Part shown: positions 54,671 to 64,000 of the stretch, in pieces
Numbering within the stretch: the first letter of the stretch is position 1
Layout: every line of letters begins with the position of its first letter
Assembly (NCBI RefSeq): GCF_032191835.1
Contig: NC_083239.1
Location: 56,544,001-56,608,000 of the forward strand
Direction: 5' to 3'
From: Heteronotia binoei
Lineage: Eukaryota
Length of the DNA: 64,000 bases
The notes under the pieces: generated by a model
The model's input: the letters and a program-made list of their open reading frames with translations, nothing else
Told to the model about the DNA's origin: nothing
The model's database searches: none
Position numbers and translations under genes: made by a program

Positions 54671-55249
54671 ATCATGCTGTTTCACCATGATGAGCAGCAC
54701 ACAGAGACACAAGCAGGACTGCTGATCTGATCCACCCCGGGCTCTCCTAATGGTCTCATGTCTTTACTCAGTTTCCCCTTTGCTTGTTCAAAGGTCATCG
54801 GAGCATGCTGTTTTTTGATTGGCGAAAGGAGAGGGCGGGTAAAGGTTCTTCCTGTTCTCATCTTATACCTCCCCTGCTCAATCAGACAAGTGGGTAATCT
54901 AGTTCATCACCCAGTTGCACAAAGCAGCCAATCAGCTGTTGATAGAATGGACCAATAAGACCCAGAGACCAAGACATCCCCAAACATTGCCACCCAGCAG
55001 TGGTATTCAGATAGCCTGCTTCCGGTTGAAGAGGTTCTCCTTGTCACCCTGGCTGGGAGCCATGGATGAATTTAGGATCCTGCGAATTGTGTGTGTGGGG
55101 GGGTATTTGTGAATTTCTTGCATTTTGTATGGGGTTGGACTAGATGACCCTGGAGGTCCCTTCCAACATTATGGTTTTAGGATGCAGCCTCTTCCCCTCC
55201 AGGAATCTGCACTCTCTTCCAGAGCCCCCTCTGCTTGCAGCCATTGCTG

Positions 55250-56340
55250 TGTCCGCAGACACTAAATCCTGCCATTCAGTTAAAAAGGTAGAGCTTTACC
55301 ACTCTGCGCCACGGGGCTCTTTCATTTACTCTTCAATAAAAGAAAAACTTCCTTTGGTCTACCCTGAATCTATCACCCATCCCCTTCATTGGGACGCTCC
55401 CAAATTCTGGCGTTATGGGTCAGCCAGAAGTTCCACTGTCCCCTTTTGCCATCTTGTGCATAACTTTATACGCCTCCATCATGTCTCCCCTTCAGCTGTC
55501 TCTTTTCTGAATGGGAAAGCCACAGGTTACCTGCCTTTCTCCTCTTGGCTTCCCACTTTCCCAAGCTCTGGGATATCCTTTCAGGCACGCAGGCCAAAAC
55601 TGCACCATAGATCAGTCCAGGGGGTATTACGACAAAGGCCTTTTCCTCACAACCGCCAGCATGGAGTTGGCCTGTTTTTGCCACCCACTGAGTTGGCATT
55701 TTCATCAAGCTAACCTCTACAACTTCAATATCCCTTTCCCTTTCCGTTTCTACCAGTTTAGACAGTCTTAACTGTGTATATTTAGAAAGGACAATTCACT
55801 CCAATCCCGTGTGGAATTTCATTTGCCACATTATGTGGTTCCTGTATATGTCACCTTTCTCTCCAATGGGGACTCACAGTGGCTTATATCGTTTCCTTCT
55901 CTTTATCCTCACGACACCCCTATGAGGTAGGCCAGGCTAAGAGAATGTGCCTGGTCCAAGATCACCCTGAGAGCCTCCTTGGCAGGGGTGGGTGGGAGGG
56001 TGGGATTTGTTCTTCCAGATCCCAGGCCAACACTCTAACCACTACACCACCCACCCCACACATGCTGGGAAGAACCTGCCGGAGTTCTTGACCATCTGCC
56101 TTGGTTTTCACCACCTTGAACAACTGGGCTCCTACGGACTTGGGCATTGTGCTGCTCCCCACCTCCAATTCCAAATTATCTAAAAACAAATTAAACAGCA
56201 CTGGTTCCAATACCACTCCCTTTGGCACCACTTTGTTCTGCCATGTTATTTCTGTCAGTTAACCAGTCTTGATTCATAACGGGGCCTGTCCTCTTATCCT
56301 AAGTCTGCTAAAGGTTTATGCAGAAATCTTTGGTGAGGTA
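55250..56340 (-). mobile_element. Degraded CR1 RT fragment interrupted by a core/MIR-like SINE (about 55860-56048)
   Basis: VPKGVVLEPVLFNLFLDNLELEV..LFKVVKTKAD resembles CR1 GVPQGSVLGPVLFNLFINDL..LFRVVKT. SINE CTTTATCCTCACGACACCCCTATGAGGTAGG..CTCTAACCACTACACC. Confidence 0.6.
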
Positions 56341-56963
56341 GGTTGTCAAAAAGCCATAGAGACACGAAAGGTGGACCAGGGGGGAGGGGGAAGAGAGGGC
56401 ACCAACCCAGGTCAGGACTCCTGCCAATATCTTGTAAAATGCTGCAGCATTATTTTGGTCCTGCCAAACTCTGCCTGCACCTTTCCTCCTCCTCATTCTC
56501 CCTTGCATAAAGAGGGCAAGGGCACCCCCCCTCCCCATTCCCTGCACCAAGGCAAGACAAACAGGACCAGGGAGGAGGCGTCACAAGTCCCTGCCAAGCC
56601 AGGGCACCCAGCCTGAGAGGTGAGGGGCACCAGAAACCCTGCAGGCAGGCAGGCAGAGGAGAAAAAGGAAGGCGGAGTCTGTGTCCCTCAAGGGCACTCT
56701 AGCCTTCTCTCTCTGTTGCTCTTCCTGCCGTGTCCTCGACTCCTCCGGGGATGCTGGTTCTTGGTAGCCATACTTGAGAATATAGCTGCTGACAAGACCC
56801 TCTTGAAGAATCCGATTTAAGATCCTGAGTGAGAGAAGAACCTGAAGGGGCCGTGGGGAAGAGTCCCAGCAGGAAAGCCAGGGGGGCTGCTGGTGTCCCA
56901 CAGCAAAGCAGGAAGCCACCCCCTACCCCAAGTGATGCTAAGCGGAGGCAGTTACTGACATAC

Positions 56964-56969
56964 TTTATT
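56964..56969 (-). terminator. Candidate C19orf47 polyadenylation signal
   Basis: AATAAA on the minus strand, about 2.2 kb past the stop. Confidence 0.6.
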
Positions 56970-59146
56970 GCAAGAAAACCCGGTAGGGCTGGGGGGGCCC
57001 AGGCCCACTCAGACCACACCACTGCAAACCCCCCCACCCCCCACCCAAAATCCAAATTACATCCACTTGCATCTACAACCTCTTTAAAAACACACACACA
57101 CACACACCACTAACAGTCATTTTGCTACTCTTCCAAAAAAGATTCTCAAGTAAACTCATTAAAATATAAGGAGTCAAACGATGTCATCTCATTTTTGAAG
57201 GGGGGGGGACAGAAAAGCAGAATTTCTTCCGCCGGTGCAAACGCCCGAGGTTGAGAACGAAACGGGGCGTGAAGGCACTGTGGGCAGGGTGAGGACCCCC
57301 TTTTGGGAACCAATTGGCAGCTGTCAGGCAGAGTGCGGGGGATGTGGACTGGGGGTCACTCCAGGACGGGGAGAGAGGCGTAGCAACCTGTCTCTGGGGG
57401 TTCCCCACTGGCTCGCCATGGGCTTCCATCTCATGATGTGGGCTCCAGAAAGGCTCCTCAGCAGGGGGACCCCAAACAAGCTGGCTTAATTCCCCAGCTC
57501 CCCACCCCAAAGTCAGGCGTGCTTCCTGCACCTCCCTTTCAGCAAAAGTCTCTCCCTGGCACTCGAGGGAATCCAGCTGCTAGGAAGGTTGGCTGCCCCA
57601 GCCCTCGTGTGCCCTTCACCCCTCTCACAGGCAGGCACGTCGAGGAAATGTCCCAAGCCGAGGCCCCCCCAGCAGGACAGCCCCCAGGGTGTTTAGAACC
57701 CCCTCCCCCCTCCCGATCAAGGCAGTGGAAGAGGACGCTCTCCCCCCTTCTCTCTGCTCCAGCTGTGGCTTCATCTAAGGGAAGCGGGTAGAAGGGGGCA
57801 CTCAAAGGCTGGCTAGAAGGACCCTCAGAGCAGTTTCCACTCAGCTGCCAGCAGACCGCCCCCCCCCCCCCCACACCTTCCAGCTCCCAAGGCCTCTTCT
57901 GCCACTGCAGACCCAGGGCTGGCTAGCAACATAGAGACAAGGCGGCATGGTGGGCTGCCCCTCAATTCCTCCTCCCTCCCCCCCCCCTTAGTAAGCAGAA
58001 GACTCCAAGGGGATGGCGGGGAGGGGGCCGAGCATATTGCTCTCCCCCACATGTACACCTCTCCCAAGGCCACGTCCTGCATCTACGCAGCAAGAGGTCG
58101 CTCTGCTGTCCGCTCCAGCCTCATTCGGAAATGCCCTGCCTGATCAGTATTTGGTGATGGGGCAGATCTCAGCAGCCCAAGCCAGAGGCAGGTTTGGCTT
58201 CTCCTCTCTCATGTGCCGCTAAACCGCTGGCAATGTGAAGCACAGAAAACAGGGGTGCCCTTTGCTCTTGAAAGTCCCCAAGGCAGCAATGGGTGCCTCA
58301 GGTCCAGGAGGCCCCGGGTTTGAGAGGGGAGGGAGGGAAGAAGCAGACGCTTAAGACATTCTGGGAGGTGGGGGGAGAGGCCTAGTAGTCCCTTTCTCCT
58401 AACAAAATAACAGCTCCTGTGTCTGGATTCTGGCCTGGAAGGGCAGAAGCAGCCCAGCAGGCAATTCTGATCCATGCCAGAGAAGGGTGCGCAAAATCTT
58501 TATGATATGCAACACACAGCCGAGCAAAAGATTTCTCTCTAACAAAAGGTGGATGCATGTTTGGAAAGAGAAGAGCAAAGTGGGACAGAACACAACTTCT
58601 GGCACAGGGCAGAATTTGGAAGGGGGACCCTGCCGGTTGTCTCCAGCTAGAGAGATTTCTGGTTTCATTGCCTTTTCCTGGGACAGAGAATGCACCAGGA
58701 AGCAACGGAAGAAAGGAAGGGGGAAAGAGCAAAGGAAAGGAAGGAAGCTCCAGCATCGCGTGAGCCCACTGCCTCTGGAGCCCCTCAAGAGACTACAGCC
58801 TAGGCAAGTGCAGGGACCTGCAGAAGGAAACACAGACACAGAGAAAGGGGCGCTCAGTGCTGTCCAGAGTGGCCACAAAGGCCCGGTGGGAGCCCCCGGC
58901 CTTGCCCGTCCCAAGTCCCGTCTTGCTTGCTGCCCAGCGCAGAGCTCAGGGGGCCCAACTCTGCACGTGGGCGGGGCTGAGGAGCTGGAAGGGCCAAGCT
59001 GGAGCTTCACAGGAGCACACAAACTCACCTGCCCAGGACTAGTGCCGGAAACCGTTTGGGTTAGTGGGAGGGGGGATCAGAAAAGCAACACCTGGTCCAA
59101 GCAGTCTCCTGCAGGCAGGCAGGGTGGCAGCAGGGGCCCCGCGGTG

Positions 59147-62100
59147 TCACACTGTCCTTCTGCCCAGCCGCTTAAAGACGCTGACTGTGCCCGTGTTGTC
59201 CATCTGGGCGCTGTGGCCTCCTTCCGAGGTGCTGCTTACCTTGGCGCTGCCCAAAGTCCTCTGGATGGTGACCTGCAGCTCAGACTCCGGTCTGCTCCGG
59301 GAGCTGGTGATGCTGCTGTCCTGGGCCTCCCCGGGCAGAGACCGCTTGCCCAGCCTCTTGGCCACCACGCAGCTCGCGGAGGGCGACTCCGGCGCCTTTT
59401 CCTTCCGGGGGCTTTTGCTCGCCGGCTGCTCGGCCTCGGAGCTGGTGGCTTTGGCCTTGATGGTCACCCTGGCCTTGGCGCTCTCCTGCGGGGTGGAGGG
59501 CCGGAAGGATTTCTTCAGCACCCCAGCGTACTGCAGGACGGAGCTGTCGTCCTCCTCGCTCTCAGCCGCTTTGTCCTCCTCCGTCTCCCGCAGGTCCCCC
59601 AGCCGGCTGAAGACGCCCGTGGGCTGCCCGGACACAAGAGGGGGGGGTGGTCTGAGAGGCCCTACAGGATGCAGCAGCCCTTGCCTAGGCTGCACGAGAG
59701 GCCAGGGAGCAAAGCCACAGCCCCTGGGAGGTCCCACAAATCTCCACCAATCCAGCTGGCAGCCAGTGGGGAACAGGGAGAGGACAGAGAGAAGCTCGCA
59801 ATGCTGAGGGAGATAGGATTCAGGACCAAAAGGGCCTCTGCTCTGGTCCGGATGGAATAGTGGGGCTGGCAGAGCCCTCCCCCCCACCCGAGGCAAGAGG
59901 GCCCTTTTCCTGAGAGAACCTCTGCCAAGAAACATGGGGCAGCCTGAGATGGGGGGCTGGGGAGCCCAGGCACACGGAAGCTCTTGGGTCACCAAGGCCT
60001 TGTTTGAGGGGCCCCCAGGTGGACTGCAGGAGCAAGCCCAAGAGAAGGGCCAGCCCCACGTTCCCTTCCTCCCGCACCTTATTGCCTGTGGTCGTGTCCG
60101 CGTTGGTCTCTGCACCCAGCCGGTCGAACACTGAGGTTCTCTGCAAACCTAAAACCAGACAAGTTCAGATAAGAAACGGCACCAGACAGGAGTGATAGGA
60201 AAGTGAAGGAGGTAACACGGATTGAGGCTCTAGGCCTCCCACAAGAACACCCTGCTTCCTTGGCTTGGGGGCAGCAAACTAGGGGAGCATTTTTACATGC
60301 CCCCCCCTAAGCCCCAGCAACTCCCAGCATCAACTAGCGCCCCCTGCAGACCCGACTAGCCTTCGCCTACAAACGCCTACGGCAGGGGTAGCCAACGATA
60401 GCACTCCAGATGTTTTCTGCCTACAACTCCCATCAGCCCCAGCAGCTGAACCTTTACATTGGAGATGCTGCAGCCGGGGATCAAACCTGGGACCTTCTGC
60501 ACACCAAGCAGATGCTCTACCACAAAGCCACAGTGCCTCCCATCTACAAAGACCTGGAAATCCTCCCTGGGTCATCTTTTGCACTTTCCTAAAATCTACC
60601 TCTTGTGTGGCTGAAGCCTGTTGTCACACACACACTCACACCCCAGACTGGCGCTGCAGCCATTACATCACTCACTTTTTCTTGCTGAGCTTGCAAGCTA
60701 ACCGAGAGTTCAAGCACTTTTCAACCATCAGTGAACTTCGTTTGCTCAAAGTCACTGTAATTGTGGACAACCACTTAAAACAGTTGCAGAACTGTTAGAT
60801 TAACTGCTTTTTAACAGAGATTAAGAGTTGAAATTGGCTTTCTTATGTTTCTGTATCAGATGAAACATCTGCAGATACTGATTGGATTATCTGCACACAT
60901 TGATTATCTTCTATTTAGCTATGCACCTATCAGTTATCTGGATAATACTCAACATGATTATAACAGATTTAGAAAAATGATACTTTTCTATAAATTTGCA
61001 CTACTGTGACAAGCAGATCAGATTTCTCTGGATGGAAGTCTCAGAAGACAACTGGGTGTGTAATTTGGGCTTTTTGATAATCCCTGAAAGCAGACAAAAA
61101 GCTGAAACATAAGAACATAAGAGAAGCCATGTTGGATGAGGCCAATGGCCCATCCAGTCCAACACTCTGTCACACAGTGGCCAAAAAAATTATATATATA
61201 TACACACACACATTGTGGCTAATTGCCAATGACGGACTTCTGCTCCATATTTTTATCTAACCGCCTCTTGAAGCTGGTTTGTTTTTTAAACTATTACTCT
61301 GTAGAACAGGATTTAAAATGCTAGCAATTTTGATAATTTCAGCATTTATTTTCACAGTAATTACAGGATTAACTTTTACATGCCTGTATTTTCTTGTATA
61401 TTAAAGGCAATGGTTTCTTTCCTCAATAAAAAGAAAAAAACTTTCTACAGGTTTTCAATCTGGTTTGCTGGTTATAGTTCAAACTCACCCCCTTCCCCTT
61501 TTTCATTATCAGATTTAATAAAGGTCGATAATCATCCTTTAATAGATACATTCTGGAGAACTTTGCTGCTAAGCGGTTTGCAAAGGCAAAATATTCTGAA
61601 ATGGTTTTGTCCAATTTCTCTAACAGGATGAAGGAGTAAGCTTTCTGTTACAGCACAAAGCCCTAACAGAAGCCAGTTTTTGCTCCATTCATTCCCTCCT
61701 CCCTTGGCCACCTCTGCCACTTCCACCTCCGCTGCATCTTCAAGCAGAAGGTCTTTGGGCAGAGACCTGCCGTCTTGTACTCTCAGAGCTGCCCTGCACG
61801 GTAACGGTTACCGATTTCTTCTGCAAACTCCCCACAAACTATTTCCCCTTCCTTAAGTCTTCTTTTTGACCGGGGGCCAGAGAGCAGCCTCCCCACGGCA
61901 GAAAGCAAAACGTGGCCAAGATCTACCTTTGGCTGCCTGCTGCTCCAGGATCTTCTTGGTCTTGGGCGTGGTGCCCTTGGGCATGTGGACGATGTACTTC
62001 CCCTCCATCTCGGCCGTGACCCGGCGGCGCTTCACTGGGGCTGCGGTGGCGGGAGTCTCGTCTGCTGTGCTGCACAGAGCTGGGCCAACGAGAGGGAGGC

Positions 62101-63521
62101 TCAGTCTGGCACAAAAGGGCTTTTGCAGCAGCCCTCCGAAAAGGACAAACAACTCCCCTGGCTTTGACGCTGATGCGGCAGTCTACGAGTCTGCAACCTT
62201 ATCAACACTGTGCCTTTTCCGACCCCTCTGCAAGAGATAGGGAAAAGCAGGGCCCAACAGCAGGCACGCCTGCTAGCGATGAAGGGGGAGAAGTGGCTGC
62301 ACCCCCCACCCCCCTCCCAGCTGTGGAATCTTGTGAGCAAAAATTCTACTTTGTGAGCTCCTGGCATGAAAGCTGTCAGCTGCTGTATACATTAGTTTGC
62401 TCCGGAGCCCTCCTTCCTGAGCCGGAGGTAAAAAAACTGTGAGCTAGTTCATGCTAACTCAGCTTAGAAGGAACACTGACCCCTCAGCCACACAAAAGGA
62501 AGTCATGGATGCAACCACTAGAGGGAAGCAGAGAGCTGTGCTCTGTAGAGCTTGAAAAGGAGGTGCTTGCAGTTCAGAAGAGACATTTGCTGGATTTCTA
62601 AGAAGCCTTCAAATATGTTGATTACAACCACCACCCCTTTTTGTTTTCTGAAGCAGAAAAGGTGGTCTGGAGCATCTTCTCGGGCTCCAGTTCTGAGGAA
62701 GGCCAGAGAGGGCAACTGGCACCGTCTCACTTGCCAAGGAGCAGCGGCCATCCCTCAGTCCAGCAAAGGACTGCACAGTTCCCCACTCAGCAACGCCCCT
62801 CCCACTCCTGAGAGTTTTCTTCTCACATTCCCATTTCACAGGCGGGAAAGGAAACTGAGGCTCCTCTAGGGCGGAAGGGCTACCTGGGCCTTGGCCAAGC
62901 CCTTCAACCCCTCTCTTTCCTGAGCGCCACCCTCTTGAGGGGGCAGTCAGGGGAGCTGGCAAGATCGGCTTGGTTCTGTACAAGAGCTGCACAAAGAAGC
63001 CGCCCCCCCCCCCAAGATATGCAAGACTCCTGTAGCTGCCCATGCCAGCCCCTGGCAGGTGCTTGGTGCAATGCCAAAGGACAGAGCCAACAGAGTGCAG
63101 CTACCAAAGCAGAGCATGAACACACACACACCCCAGTCACCTGCTTTGGCGTTCTTCACGGCCAGTTTGTTGGACACTGTGACGGAGATCTTGGAGGTGC
63201 TGCTGTCCGGCCTCCGGACAGGAGTGGACGGTGGGGAGTCTCTGCTGAGGCTGTTTGCGATCATCCTGCTGGCAGCTGCAGGGAGGGGAGTCGGCAGGGC
63301 CGGGTGGAGGAGCTGCTTCCAGCCACCAAACCCACACGCTGTCTCCCAGAATGGAGAAAAGGGCCCGCCCATCCCAGCAGCCCTCACTGCAGGCACGAGC
63401 CCTAGCAGCACCGTCACTTGGCCCTCCACTCGCACTTACCACTGGTGGCATTCCTGCGGAGCTCGGACTGGACGGTGCTTTGGCTGGAAGCAACGGACTC
63501 CGTGGCTGCCTTGCACATTTC
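59147..63521 (-). CDS. C19orf47: C19orf47 orthologue, last five coding exons (5' part outside the window)
   Basis: Exons 63521-63440 (EMCKAATES), 63275-63141 (ASRMIANSL..SKISVTVSNK), 62064-61927 (KRRRVTAEMEGKY), 60148-60078 (RTSVFDRLGAET), 59623-59147 (PTGVFSRLG..SVLQYAGVLKK..GTVSVFKRLGRRTV*). GT-AG and phase-consistent. Confidence 0.93.
60383..60540. mobile_element. Half copy of the 348-485 MITE fused to a tRNA-SINE head remnant
   Basis: CAGGGGTAGCCAAC..CTCCAGATGTTTTCTGCCTACAACTCCCATCAGCCCCAGC, then GGGATCAAACCTGGGACCTTCTGC..GCAGATGCTCTACCAC. Confidence 0.7.
60840..61630 (+). mobile_element. Old LINE remnant homologous to 34490-35270, interrupted by a single CR1 terminus (61106-61185, minus)
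   Basis: Shared blocks with 34.5-35.3 kb; AACATAAGAACATAAGAGAAGCCATGTTGGAT.. is one unamplified reverse copy of the 65-bp unit. Confidence 0.55.
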
Positions 63522-64000
63522 CTAGAGATGGAGACAGCCGGGATGCAGCGGTCATTCCCCTGGCTCTGGCACTCGCACTCCCATGAAAGCACCAGGCTCA
63601 AATGGATCCCTGCCTCGAGGAGGTTCTCCAGGCTCAGCTGCTGATGCGCCAAATTCCTGCAGAGTCCTACGTAGGAAGGCCCCTGGCCTGGGCTGGCCTG
63701 GTGGTGTGCCAAGAGACCAGAGGGCCAGCTGGCTGCTCCTTTGTTGGGGCAAAACTCCAGCTCCTAATAAGCACTTACATGGCTCAGCAAGAGCACCAAG
63801 GATCACAAGAGTGGAACTCAAGGGCCATGCTGTCCAAACTGCTTCCATTCCTCCATGTAAATTCTGGGGCTGACACAAGGCCTTTAGAAGCCTGGGCGAC
63901 AAGGATTCTCCTGGCAGCTTCCTCTGCCAAGTGTCCCCCCCCCCCCCAGCTAGATGGATCCATTCGCCTCCTATATGTATGGCTGAGGATCCTGCCCAGA

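Noticed and set aside
58487-59860. 457-aa plus-strand ORF
   Set aside because: Antisense shadow of the C19orf47 last exon and 3' UTR in GC-rich DNA.
60840-61080. Possible snRNA or C/D snoRNA in a C19orf47 intron
   Set aside because: No convincing box C/D pair with a terminal stem; the sequence aligns with the LINE-like remnant at 34.5 kb.
63600-63690. Possible further C19orf47 exon
   Set aside because: The translation does not match the expected upstream C19orf47 sequence; the next exon is probably beyond 64000.

Overview
Vertebrate genomic DNA, very GC-rich and gene-dense. The repeats (Sauria SINEs, CR1, L2, L1-clade LINEs, hAT MITEs) point to a squamate reptile, probably a gecko. Five spliced genes lie in the human 19q13.2 order as I recall it: MAP3K10/MLK2 (+, 10 coding exons, 2745-9312), TTC9B (-, 3 exons), CCNP/CNTD2 (-, 6 core exons, 5' exons uncertain), AKT2 (-, 13 coding exons plus a non-coding first exon in a CpG island) and the 3' part of C19orf47 (-, runs out of the window). 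I built the exon models by hand from splice signals, phase and remembered orthologue sequences. No prokaryotic features or CRISPR. Best leads: (1) MAP3K10 appears to have no N-terminal SH3 domain; (2) four head-to-tail arrays are built from the extreme 3' ends of three different CR1 subfamilies (about 175-, 131- and 65-bp units), and the 175-bp module has the same junction at three dispersed loci, like a CR1-tail-derived mini-element that spreads as multimers; (3) CCNP has GA instead of GT at an otherwise expected splice donor; (4) a full-length L1-clade element with a 21-bp TSD and no poly(A) sits inside a Sauria SINE; (5) a near-perfect REST/RE1 site lies just upstream of the TTC9B start; (6) Penelope-like termini carry degenerate hammerhead-type motifs; (7) a GATA-rich 42-bp VNTR lies in AKT2 intron 8. 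All family assignments are from memory; no database search was run.
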